From assembly GCA_964540655.1 (NCBI GenBank), contig CAZINR010000002.1:1736-57708 (forward strand): DNA of 55,973 nucleotides, written 5' to 3'. The notes below the pieces were generated by a model. The model was not told the origin of the DNA. It saw only the letters and a list, made by a program, of their open reading frames with translations, and ran no database searches. Positions 22,058 to 30,621 of the stretch are shown piece after piece. The stretch comes from an uncultured archaeon (GTDB lineage Archaea > Altiarchaeota > Altiarchaeia > JAFGQM01). Numbering within the stretch: position 1 is the stretch's first letter; every line of letters starts with the position of its first letter. Position numbers and translations under genes: made by a program.

Positions 22058-22645
22058 TCAGAATAGCCCCAGAACCTTGCCCCCCTCCAGCCGTATCTCC
22101 TCGGCGGATATCTTGTCCACCTCGAGGGCTATGTACTTCGAATAGTCGGGCACCTTCTTGCAGGCCTCCTCGCACGGGATGTCCAGGAAGAGCGACAGCA
22201 TCGCCATTATCGGGCACCGGTGGCTCACCACCAGCACCGTGTCGTTCAGGTGCCTTGAGTAGAGCTCTTCAACGAACCCTTTAACCCTCTTCTTCAGCTC
22301 GCCGAACTCCTCGCCGCCGGGAGCGTCCCGGTCGCAGAGGCTGAGATACTCGTCCCAGCACTCGCTGTGATGCTTGCCCTGATGAGAGCCATAGTCCCTC
22401 TCCCGCAGCCTGTCCCTCAGCTCGTAGTCCACCCCTTTGTGATGCCTGGCTATGATGTCGGCCGTCTCGACGGACCGCTCCAAATCGCTGACGTACATCA
22501 CGTCTATCCTGACGTGCTTCAGCTCGTCCGCCAGCTTCTCAGTCTCCCTCCCCCCGTTCTTCGAGAGGCCTCCGTCCAGCTGCCCCTGTATTATCCCCTT
22601 CTCGGACCTCTCGGTCTTTCCGTGCCTAACCAAGATTGCTCTCAT
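22058..22645 (-). CDS. histidine phosphatase family protein (phosphoglycerate-mutase-like)
   Basis: N-terminal LVRHGKT (RHG motif) and later VSH, the second catalytic His region. Confidence 0.85.
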   Translation of the reverse strand: MRAILVRHGKTERSEKGIIQGQLDGGLSKNGGRETEKLADELKHVRIDVMYVSDLERSVETADIIARHHKGVDYELRDRLRERDYGSHQGKHHSECWDEYLSLCDRDAPGGEEFGELKKRVKGFVEELYSRHLNDTVLVVSHRCPIMAMLSLFLDIPCEEACKKVPDYSKYIALEVDKISAEEIRLEGGKVLGLF

Positions 22646-22764
22646 CCCCGTTCTTCCGCTAATATTAACGTCAGTTATACAAAAAGATGGGGCATTTGGT
22701 TTAATTTCTCAACTTCAGACTTGCTAAAAGAATTTTAATTCTTTCAAGTGTTATATCCATCAGA

Positions 22765-23220
22765 ATGCCCGCAAGAGCCAAGCGCAGCCTTACACACCCC
22801 AAATGGCTCAAGCTACTCGACAAGATAAGTCCGGAGGCGAAGAAATCGGGAAGATGCGCGCAGTTCGTCAGAGAAGCCGCCGAGCACCTCTATGACATGC
22901 GGTACAAACGCGGGCATGCCTGGGAGATGGCCGAGAGGAACCGCAGCGTCTGGAGGCGGGTTGAAGGGGGCCGAAGGCCGGAGCTCCGCCCAGGACAGAT
23001 ATTGGGATTGTTCTTCCCGGACACGGAGGAGAGGCCCAAGGGCCGGGAGTACACGCACATGGCGCTTTACACAGGCAACGGTACCATAGTCCACAATTTC
23101 CTGGGGACGCTGCTCCACGAGCGCCTCGATGATTTCGTGCGCCGGTCGGGATGTGATTTGAGAGAAATCATAGCGCTCAGGAAGGAACATAAAGCTAAAA
23201 GGAGGGGTCCCGAAAGCTGA
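22765..23220 (+). CDS. hypothetical protein, possibly an NlpC/P60- or CHAP-like cysteine peptidase
   Basis: GRCAQFV (candidate Cys) followed by THMALYTGNGTIVHN (candidate His). Pattern-level resemblance only. Confidence 0.35.
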   Translation: MPARAKRSLTHPKWLKLLDKISPEAKKSGRCAQFVREAAEHLYDMRYKRGHAWEMAERNRSVWRRVEGGRRPELRPGQILGLFFPDTEERPKGREYTHMALYTGNGTIVHNFLGTLLHERLDDFVRRSGCDLREIIALRKEHKAKRRGPES

Positions 23221-23262
23221 CTGGTCCCAGAAGCCCGCCAGCGACATTTACATGCTAGGCAC

Positions 23263-24522
23263 TTAGAACTCGCTCTCCACGATGTCGAGAGCCGCGTCGC
23301 AGTATTTCAGCCTCCTGTTAACCGCTTTCTTCCCTCCCTTTGGAAGGATGTACCCAGGCCGTTCTTCTATCTGCCCCCGGGCCAGCCCCCGGGCCTTGTC
23401 GTAGTAATATCGGGAAAGGACCAGAAACCTCTCGTTGTTCTCCGGCGCGCTCTTGTAAAGCTCATAAGCTGCGTCGCCCATCCGCTGGTTGAACATGTAG
23501 TTGTCGGAGGCGAATGCATCTCGATTGCCCGGGAAGTCATTGAACCGTGTCTTTGCATGCTGCCTGACGCTCCAAGCCTCGTCTTCATACCTTTTAATGC
23601 CTCTTCCCTCAACCTTCTCCATCTTCGGCGCGGAGGCCGTAGCCACCTTGATCTCGTCCTTCTCCGGTTCCTTCTCCTTCTCCGGCCCGGCCTCTTCGAC
23701 CTTGCCGCCCTCGTGCAGCCTTTTGTAAGCCAGGACCTTGTAGGAATAGGCGGGAGACTGGCGTATGTAATAAGGCCCCTTCATCACCGGCTTCTGCCAT
23801 CTCTTCCAGTCGCCGGCGTATTTGGTTGTCATGTAGTGGAACAGCCCCTCTCCGCCGTGCTTGGCATGCTCATCCACCTCCTTGCGCACGCTATTCTCTT
23901 TGTTCATGACCTCCATCGCCCTCTGCATGTGGTGCTCGCCCGAGTTGAAGGCGTTGATTACCGCGAGGTGGAGGAACCGGTCGTCCTTCAGGCCGTACCT
24001 CTTTTTGATGGCCCTGTAGTTGGGGTCCTTTGATAGTTTCCGGTAGATGTCCTCGAAGTACCTGACCGCCGCTTTTGTCGCCTTCTTCGGGTCCCGCCGG
24101 TGGTCGAACTTCTTGCCCACCAGCCCGTACCTCCTGCCCGTGCTACTCATGAACTGCCACATCCCCACGGCTCCGGCGCTGCTCTTGGCCGAGGTCCTGA
24201 AGGCGGACTCCACGAACGGGACATAGGGCAGGGTCTTCTTGAGGTAGTCGGGCAGCACCCTGGAAGCGGAGAATGCCTGCTTGGCGTGCTGGAGCCTGGT
24301 GGGTTCGCCGGGCGCGACCATCTGCAAAGCCAGCTCCCGAGCCGCGCTGTAGTGCTTCTCGTGGCGGGCCGCGGTCCTGGAGACGCGCTCCCTGAAGCCC
24401 TTGTGGCCCTCAAGCTCGCTCTTTCCGAATGCTTTTCCGGCCGCGAGAGCTCCGATTCCGGCCGCAGCTCTCCTGAGGAAGCTTCTTCTCGTGACTGCGG
24501 GTGCCAGCCTTCTTGCGGGCAT
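23263..24522 (-). CDS. secreted lytic-transglycosylase-like (SLT/MltD-type) protein with a twin-arginine signal
   Basis: N-terminus TRRSFLRRAAAGIGALAAG. AGAVGMWQFMSSTGRRYGL resembles the LT catalytic region. Confidence 0.6.
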   Translation of the reverse strand: MPARRLAPAVTRRSFLRRAAAGIGALAAGKAFGKSELEGHKGFRERVSRTAARHEKHYSAARELALQMVAPGEPTRLQHAKQAFSASRVLPDYLKKTLPYVPFVESAFRTSAKSSAGAVGMWQFMSSTGRRYGLVGKKFDHRRDPKKATKAAVRYFEDIYRKLSKDPNYRAIKKRYGLKDDRFLHLAVINAFNSGEHHMQRAMEVMNKENSVRKEVDEHAKHGGEGLFHYMTTKYAGDWKRWQKPVMKGPYYIRQSPAYSYKVLAYKRLHEGGKVEEAGPEKEKEPEKDEIKVATASAPKMEKVEGRGIKRYEDEAWSVRQHAKTRFNDFPGNRDAFASDNYMFNQRMGDAAYELYKSAPENNERFLVLSRYYYDKARGLARGQIEERPGYILPKGGKKAVNRRLKYCDAALDIVESEF

Positions 24523-24567
24523 GGGTTGTTATCGGGTTCAAGGCTTAAATATCTTATGTGCGAATCA

Positions 24568-24812
24568 CTAGCTGGAAAGCTCGACTGCGGCCGCCGGGGA
24601 AATTTTGAAAGGTTTTCGGTTTTGAGTTTTCGGGTTTGTCTAAGGGAAGCCCAGTTTACAGTTCTGGGTCCTGAGTTTCGCATTTAGCGAAACTGGGCGC
24701 GAAGGTATGTAGGACCTTGCGCGCAACTTGCTTTGTGGCAAGTTCGCGCACAGTTCGCTTCGCGAACTTCGTGTTCCTGTTACGCTCCAGCCACTTAAAG
24801 AAACTAAAAAGA
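24568..24812 (+). repeat. junction repeat JG1 (distal)
   Basis: Core at 24586-24598. Right arm ggttttcggttttgagttttcggg...cccagtttacagttctggg. Hairpin modules at about 24674-24772. A-box aaaaagaaaaac. No left GAAGAC arm. Confidence 0.8.
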
Positions 24813-24816
24813 AAAA

Positions 24817-25038
24817 CTAATCCAAAAGCTCCAAGAACTCCTCAACCTTTAACTCTGCCTGCTTGATAATACTCATTACAGTCTTAATGCTCAGTTCGCC
24901 TTTAGCAGGGATTGTAGCAGGAGGCTTGGTTGGGTGCCTCATTCTAACATGCGAACCTCTTTGTCTAACAAACTCATAACCGAGTTTACTTAGGGCTTTG
25001 ATTGCGTCTTTTCCAGAAATAACAGGTATCCGCCTCAT
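24817..25038 (-). CDS. hicA: HicA toxin
   Basis: 73 aa. GKDAIKALSKLGYEFVRQRGSHVRMRH is the HicA/YcfA signature. Confidence 0.85.
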   Translation of the reverse strand: MRRIPVISGKDAIKALSKLGYEFVRQRGSHVRMRHPTKPPATIPAKGELSIKTVMSIIKQAELKVEEFLELLD

Positions 25039-25256
25039 GCCGGCATTGCTAGTTTTTGTAGCTTAGGTGGCGTGGGAGCTTGAATCGGTATCCCTTCTTC
25101 TCTTAGGCCCTCTAAATGTAAGTCTAAAGCCTCCCTCATATTGGCTAGGGCTTCTTTCTCAGTCTTACCCTGCGTTACGCAAATGCCCGGCAAGCCTGGC
25201 ACTGTGGCGACATAATATCCGTCTTCGGATTTCTCTAAGAGGACTGTAAATTCCAT
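25035..25256 (-). CDS. hicB: HicB antitoxin (UPF0150-type)
   Basis: 73 aa. EDGYYVATVPGLPGICVTQGKTEKEALANMREAL is the typical HicB N-domain. 4-nt overlap with hicA. Confidence 0.85.
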   Translation of the reverse strand: MEFTVLLEKSEDGYYVATVPGLPGICVTQGKTEKEALANMREALDLHLEGLREEGIPIQAPTPPKLQKLAMPA

Positions 25257-25295
25257 TTTTGTGCAGTAATTAGAAGGTTGGACTAAAAGAATCTT

Positions 25296-25470
25296 TAACC
25301 GCCGGCCCCATTAACCAAAACTGAAAACCGCAGACTGAAGACTGCTTTCGAAGAAAGCTTGAGTGCGGCCGCCGGGGAAATTTTGAAAGGTTCTCGGTTT
25401 TGAGTTTTCGGTTTTGTCTAAGGGAAGCCCAGTTTACAGTTCTGGGTTTCCTGGCCCGTTCTGATTTTCT
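25296..25470 (+). repeat. junction repeat JG2
   Basis: Left arm aaaactgaaaaccgcagactgaagact plus hairpin gctttc-gaa-gaaagc. Core at 25364-25376. The right arm is nearly identical to that of JG1. Confidence 0.85.
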
Positions 25471-25522
25471 AGAGGCTTTCCAAAGAAAGGTTTTTATCCT
25501 TAATGTATCAAAATGATACACT

Positions 25523-25789
25523 ATGGAAAACGCAAGAGTGAATATTGTACTGCCTAAGAAGATGTATGCGTCCGTGAATAAGTTAGTGGACATGGGGTAT
25601 TACAAATCGTTTTCCGAGGCAGTCCGAACAGGTTTGAGGGATGAGGTTATGAAGTATCAGGTCCCCACGGCAGATCTTACAGAGTCCGAGTTGAAGGAAA
25701 TCAATGAAGGATTTGCAGATATAGACGCAGGTCGAACGAAGTCCGCCACCGAGCTAGCAAAGGAGCTTGGATATGACGTTCAGTGTTGA
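25523..25789 (+). CDS. ribbon-helix-helix (CopG-like) antitoxin
   Basis: MENARVNIVLPKKMYASVNKLVDMGYYKSFSEAVRTGLRDE is a paralogue of 15984-16241. Confidence 0.6.
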   Translation: MENARVNIVLPKKMYASVNKLVDMGYYKSFSEAVRTGLRDEVMKYQVPTADLTESELKEINEGFADIDAGRTKSATELAKELGYDVQC

Positions 25790-26027
25790 GTTCACCAACA
25801 AGGCGGAAAAGAACCTGAAGAAAATCCCTGAACCGTTTAGAAAGAAACTGTTTATAGCAGCCGTCGCTCTGAGTAAGAATCCTTATCCTCGAGGATTGGA
25901 GAAGTTGACCGATAGGGGGGATACCTATAGGATCCGAATTGGACAATACAGAATGGTTTGGTTCGTTAACAAGAAGGCAGACCTGATCCAGATAGTTAAT
26001 ATCGATAAGCGACCCAAAGTATATTAG
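25773..26027 (+). CDS. RelE/ParE toxin
   Basis: ATG at 25773. YRIRIGQYRMVWFVNKKADLIQIVNIDKRPKVY is the classical RelE/ParE core. Confidence 0.7.
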   Translation: MTFSVEFTNKAEKNLKKIPEPFRKKLFIAAVALSKNPYPRGLEKLTDRGDTYRIRIGQYRMVWFVNKKADLIQIVNIDKRPKVY

Positions 26028-26184
26028 GTCCGTCGGCCTCATTAAGAAGACCGGGAACCAAGACTAAAGACTGCTTTCGAAGAAAGCTTGAATGCGGCCG
26101 CCGGATGGCAAGGTGGACACGGCCTCCAGGCATATGACCTTGCCAGTAGCGGGCGCACCGGGGCTAAGCCGAGAGAAAGTAAGG
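26027..26184 (+). repeat. junction repeat JG3 plus an 80-bp gene-less unit
   Basis: ggtccgtcggcc terminus, left arm, and hairpin gctttc-gaa-gaaagc. Core at 26093-26105. Then a 9-bp-stem hairpin tggcaaggt...accttgcca before the true tRNA end. Confidence 0.8.
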
Positions 26185-26303
26185 TGCGGCCGCCGGGATT
26201 CGAACCCGGGTTCTGGGCTTTCTCCACGCTTTCTTTTCATCGACTTTTCTTTTGAAAAGATCGTGTGGAAGGCCCAAGTGATACCAGACTACACCACGGC
26301 CGC
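26185..26303 (-). tRNA. tRNA-Gly(TCC) with a 46-nt intron at 37/38
   Basis: Manual fold: GCGGCCG-TG-GTGT-AGTCTGGTA-TCAC-T-TGGGC-CTTCCA[intron]A-GCCCA-GAAC-CCGGG-TTCGAAT-CCCGG-CGGCCGC-A. Confidence 0.85.
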
Positions 26304-26374
26304 AAGCGGTCTTGAGTTTTCAGTCTTCCGTCCTCTGACGAAGGCGCTTAGTTAGAATATTCCGGAATAAAAGA

Positions 26375-27037
26375 TTAATATCCTGGGAAGTTCTCTTTCT
26401 TGAAGCCCTTGACGCCGAGGCCCCCCACCACCCCGGTCATCGCCTCCACCATCTTCGGAGGGCCGGCGGTGTAGAAGACCCTTTCCTTGTAGTCGGGCAC
26501 TTCCTCCTTAACCATGGCTTCGTCTATTCGGCCCCGCCTTCCGCTCCAGGATTCGTCGTCTCCTGTCAGTGTGTAAACCACCTTTATGTTCTCCCTCCCG
26601 CTGAACTCATCCAGATCTTCTTTGAACGGGATGTCGCTGTCGCGGCTGCTGTAGAGTAGCACGACGTCTTTGTCCGACCCTGTGTCAGAGATGTACTTCA
26701 GCATGCTCCTGAACGGCGTTATCCCTATCCCGCCGGTCAGGAAGGCGATTTTCTTCTCCCCACCCATGACGAACTCGCCGCTCGGGTTCTCCACAACCGC
26801 ATCGTCGCCCGGCTTGAGCCTCTTCAGAGCCTGCGAGTAGTCGGAGTCGCTCAGCTTCTTGGTGAACTCCACGAAACCCTTCTCGGTGGGAGAGGACGAA
26901 AAAGAGAAGTGCTTGGTCTTGTCCCCCTCCAAAGTCACGAAAAAGAACTGCCCTGCCTTGTAGTCCATGTCTCCCTCGAACCGGAAGCTCTTTATGCCCC
27001 CGGCCCTCTCGATTATCTCCTTGACGCGCGTTTCCAT
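26375..27037 (-). CDS. FAD/NAD(P)-binding oxidoreductase of the ferredoxin-reductase (FNR-like) type
   Basis: RSFSFSSSP-like FAD site (KHFSFSSSP) and the GGIGITP NAD(P)-binding motif. Confidence 0.75.
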   Translation of the reverse strand: METRVKEIIERAGGIKSFRFEGDMDYKAGQFFFVTLEGDKTKHFSFSSSPTEKGFVEFTKKLSDSDYSQALKRLKPGDDAVVENPSGEFVMGGEKKIAFLTGGIGITPFRSMLKYISDTGSDKDVVLLYSSRDSDIPFKEDLDEFSGRENIKVVYTLTGDDESWSGRRGRIDEAMVKEEVPDYKERVFYTAGPPKMVEAMTGVVGGLGVKGFKKENFPGY

Positions 27038-27064
27038 TGCCAGGTTAATTATAAGATCCCTTGA

Positions 27065-28408
27065 TTAAAGACCGCACTTCCCGCAAAGCTTGCGGAAGTG
27101 GTGCTCTACCCAGCCGAACCCGAAGGTCGCGGTTATGACCGCCGCGACGGCTATCCCGAGCCAGACCCCCGCGGTCCTCAGACCAGTGTGATACGCCAGG
27201 TAGTATGATATGGGGAGCACCAGCCCGATTGCCCTGGTCATGGTCAGGATGAAGGACGGCACTCCCCTGCCAAGGCCCTGGAAGCTCGCCGAGACTATTA
27301 TGACCGTCCCGATGAACGGATAGCTGAAGGCGATTATCCTGAGGTAGTTGGACGCCATCTCTATCACCGCCGGGTCGGAGGTGAAAACGGAGGGCAGTGT
27401 TCCCGCCAGCAGGAATATGGCCGCCCCCACCAGGACGCTGAAGCCCAGCACCAGCTTCAGCGCCAGACGGTTGACCTTCCGCGCCCCGGCATAATCTTTC
27501 GCCCCCTTGAAGTATCCTATCAGCGGTATCACCCCGGCCGCCAGACCCAGCATGGGGAGTATGGCCAGCGAGTCTATCCGGAACCCTATGCCGTACGCCG
27601 ATATCGGCAAATCGCCGAAGCCCGAGAGTATGAGATTCACGCCCAGCACGGCTATCGAGAGAGCTATCTGCGACATGGCCGCGGGTATCCCCACCCTGAG
27701 TATGTTCTTGATTATAGGCGGCGTGTAGATGAACTCGCGCGGCCTGACCTGCAGCATCGACCTCTTGGCCAGCACGACGTACCAGAAGTAGACGGACAGC
27801 GAGATGACCTCTGCCAGAACGGTCGCCAGGGCCGCTCCGGCTATGCCCATGCCCAGGACGTAGATGAAGATCGGGTCCATTATTATGTTGGCCACCGTGA
27901 ACAATATGGCCAGCTTCATCGGAGTCTTGGTGTCCCCCTCTCCCTGCAGGATGGCGGTCATGGAGAAGACGGTGAAGAAGACTATGACCCCGCTGAATAT
28001 GACCGTAAGATACTCGGACGCCAGCTGCGCGACCTCGGGGCTCCCGCCCAGCCCCTGGGATATGCCGCCCATGAACGGCAGGAGTGCCATGAACGCCACC
28101 GACAGGATAATCCCCAGGAGCAGCGCATGCAGGGCGGTCTCTTCGGCCCATTTTTTGTTTCCTTCCCCCAGCCTGCGCGCAATGAGAGACGTGCCGCCTA
28201 TGCTGACGCCGCTCCCTATGGCAACTATCAGAAAGAAGATGGGGAATGACAGCTGCACACCCGCCAGGGCGTCGGGCCCCAGGCCCCCCACGAAGAAGAA
28301 GTCCACGAAGTGCAGCAGGGTGCTGAACAGCATCGACACTATCGCAGGCCACGCCAGCTTTAGCAACCCCCTTTGCGGGTCGGACATCAGCTCTCTCACC
28401 CTTTCCAT
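27065..28408 (-). CDS. MATE family efflux transporter
   Basis: 447 aa, about 12 TM. The N-terminus LLKLAWPAIVSMLFSTLLHFVDFFFVGGLG is typical of MATE. The overlapping ORF at 27045-28352 is rejected. Confidence 0.85.
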   Translation of the reverse strand: MERVRELMSDPQRGLLKLAWPAIVSMLFSTLLHFVDFFFVGGLGPDALAGVQLSFPIFFLIVAIGSGVSIGGTSLIARRLGEGNKKWAEETALHALLLGIILSVAFMALLPFMGGISQGLGGSPEVAQLASEYLTVIFSGVIVFFTVFSMTAILQGEGDTKTPMKLAILFTVANIIMDPIFIYVLGMGIAGAALATVLAEVISLSVYFWYVVLAKRSMLQVRPREFIYTPPIIKNILRVGIPAAMSQIALSIAVLGVNLILSGFGDLPISAYGIGFRIDSLAILPMLGLAAGVIPLIGYFKGAKDYAGARKVNRLALKLVLGFSVLVGAAIFLLAGTLPSVFTSDPAVIEMASNYLRIIAFSYPFIGTVIIVSASFQGLGRGVPSFILTMTRAIGLVLPISYYLAYHTGLRTAGVWLGIAVAAVITATFGFGWVEHHFRKLCGKCGL

Positions 28409-28451
28409 AAGCGGGTTATTTTAATCTCCGAAAACAAAAAACAGAGGTTTA

Positions 28452-28994
28452 ATGACCGTCTATCAGCCGTCGGACGACAGCTACCTCATGCTGGACGCCC
28501 TCGAGGACTGCGGACTGAACACCGGAGACCGGGTGCTTGACATGGGCGCCGGCTCGGGCATCCTGGCCGTAGCAGCGGCCAAAAAAGGATGCCGAGTAAC
28601 CGCGGCAGACATAAACCCCGAAGCAATTGAGGCAGTCAAGAGGAACGCAGAGGAAGCTGCCGTGAAGATAGATTTAGTCCTCTCCGATTTGTTCGAGAAC
28701 ATAGACGGAACCTACGACCTCATAATCTTCAACCCCCCTTACGTCAGGACAGAGGACTCGGAGACTCTGGACATGGAGTCGAGAGCCTGGGATGGGGGAA
28801 GGGACGGAATGAACGTCATAAACAGTTTTCTGTCTTCGGTCCCCGGTTTTCTGAAGCCTGAAGGCAGGGTGCTGCTGCTGGTCTCGACGCTCGATGAAAA
28901 CCCGCCGCCATTCCCGGGATTCGAGTCGCGCGTTCTGAGAAGAAAGTCTCTCTTCTTCGAGCGGCTGTGGGTCTTGGAGCTAAGGTTTAAGTAG
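28452..28994 (+). CDS. SAM-dependent methyltransferase, HemK/Mtq2-like (N5-glutamine MTase family)
   Basis: VLDMGAGSGILA SAM motif and the FNPPYV catalytic NPPY motif. Confidence 0.8.
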   Translation: MTVYQPSDDSYLMLDALEDCGLNTGDRVLDMGAGSGILAVAAAKKGCRVTAADINPEAIEAVKRNAEEAAVKIDLVLSDLFENIDGTYDLIIFNPPYVRTEDSETLDMESRAWDGGRDGMNVINSFLSSVPGFLKPEGRVLLLVSTLDENPPPFPGFESRVLRRKSLFFERLWVLELRFK

Positions 28995-29016
28995 TCTCTT
29001 TCATTACTTTCAACCA

Positions 29017-30621
29017 ATGGACTGGGTGCTCGTTTCCTTCTATGTCGTCGGGGGTCTGGCAGTTTTCATATATGGGATGAGGCTCCTGAGCGAAGGCCTT
29101 CAGAAGACTGCCGGAAGTCGTCTAAGAAGCCTTCTTGAGAGACTCACCCGCAACCGATTCAGGGGACTTGCCGTCGGCGCGGCATTCACATCCATAGTGC
29201 AGAGCTCCAGCCTGACGACCGTCACTCTGGTCGGGCTCATAAGCGGCGGCGTCATGACGCTGGAAGCGGCAGTCCCCGTGATAATGGGGGCGAACATCGG
29301 CACCACAGTCACGGCCCAGATAATCGCGTTCAAGATAACCCAACTGGCGTTCCCGGCGATAGCGGCAGGGCTGGTCCTCATGGGAATCAAAAAGGGAAAA
29401 TACTCCGGCATCGGGCAGGTTATAATGGGTTTCGGCTTCCTGTTCTTGGGGATGATACTCATGGGAGAAGGCGTCCAGCCTCTTAAGTCAGAGGCCGTCT
29501 TCCAGGAATTCATAGGCGGGTTTTCATCGAACCCTCTGCTAGGACTCCTGGTGGGGGCGGTCTTCACAGGGATAATACAGAGCAGCTCCGCCACCTCAGC
29601 ACTGACCGTGGCCATGGCGGCCGAGGGGTTCCTCACGCTAGGAGCTGCCGTGCCTATCATCCTCGGAGCCAACATAGGCACTTGCATAACCGCGGTGCTG
29701 GCTTCCATAGGGACTTCACTTTCCAGCCGCCGCGCGGCCCTGATCCATGTAATTTTCAACGTTATAGGTGTGATGGCCTTCCTCCCGCTTCTGCCTCTTT
29801 TCACAAGCTTCATAGCCGGCACTTCTGCGGACCTGGCGCGTCAGGTGGCGAACGCGCACCTGGCTTTCAATGTGATTACGACCCTGATGCTGTTGCCCTT
29901 CGCCGGAGTGCTGATATTGCTGGTCAAGAGGATCCTACCGGGCGAAGTGATAAAGGTCGATAACGGGACCAAATACATAAACGACCACCTGCTTAGAGCC
30001 CCGTCCGTCGCCATGAGGCAGGCTGAGCTGGAGGCCCATTACATGGGGGGGATTGTCGTTGGGATGATGGCAGACGCCAGAAAGCTGATAATGGAGGGCA
30101 AGCTCAGATACGCGAAGATCATCGAGAAGAAGGAGGCTTCTGTTGACGACATATACGCGGCCCTCGACAATTTCCTTAAGCAGCTCAGCGAGAAGGATCT
30201 GTCCGCCCAACAGTCCGATACCCTCTCCATTCTAGTTCACAGCATCTCAGACATAGAGCGGACCTCCGACCATATAAACCATCTGGCAAAGCACGGCCGG
30301 AGGAAGATAAAAGAGAATATAAGATTCTCAAAGAAGGCCATGGGCGAGTTGGACGGCATATTCTCAAAATCCGACAAGAGCCTATCCGGGGCCATCAGGG
30401 TTCTAGAGACGAAGGACCGCAGGCTCGGGGAGGACGTGCTGCACCTGGAGGCGGAGATAGACGCGATGAAAGACGCCATGATACGCTCCCATATACGACG
30501 CACTGACGAGGGCATATGCAATGCGAAGTCCGGCCCGACATACCTCGGCATAGTCAACCATCTGGAGAGGATATCGGACCACGCCCACAACATAGTGAAC
30601 GTTGTGATCTGGGGCTTCTAA
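29017..30621 (+). CDS. Na/Pi cotransporter family protein with a C-terminal PhoU-like domain
   Basis: Duplicated QSSS(L/A)T motifs in the membrane domain. C-terminal DHINHLAK / ERISDHAHNI PhoU-like repeats. Confidence 0.85.
   Translation: MDWVLVSFYVVGGLAVFIYGMRLLSEGLQKTAGSRLRSLLERLTRNRFRGLAVGAAFTSIVQSSSLTTVTLVGLISGGVMTLEAAVPVIMGANIGTTVTAQIIAFKITQLAFPAIAAGLVLMGIKKGKYSGIGQVIMGFGFLFLGMILMGEGVQPLKSEAVFQEFIGGFSSNPLLGLLVGAVFTGIIQSSSATSALTVAMAAEGFLTLGAAVPIILGANIGTCITAVLASIGTSLSSRRAALIHVIFNVIGVMAFLPLLPLFTSFIAGTSADLARQVANAHLAFNVITTLMLLPFAGVLILLVKRILPGEVIKVDNGTKYINDHLLRAPSVAMRQAELEAHYMGGIVVGMMADARKLIMEGKLRYAKIIEKKEASVDDIYAALDNFLKQLSEKDLSAQQSDTLSILVHSISDIERTSDHINHLAKHGRRKIKENIRFSKKAMGELDGIFSKSDKSLSGAIRVLETKDRRLGEDVLHLEAEIDAMKDAMIRSHIRRTDEGICNAKSGPTYLGIVNHLERISDHAHNIVNVVIWGF

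Larger units (their letters stand above)
24568..26184. mobile_element. tRNA-Gly-anchored cassette array (2 TA cassettes plus one empty 80-bp unit)
   Basis: Copies of the tRNA-Gly 3' end tgcggccgccggg at 24586, 25364 and 26093 (12 nt), plus the tRNA itself at 26185. All have the same orientation. G+C is lower than in the flanks. Confidence 0.75.
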
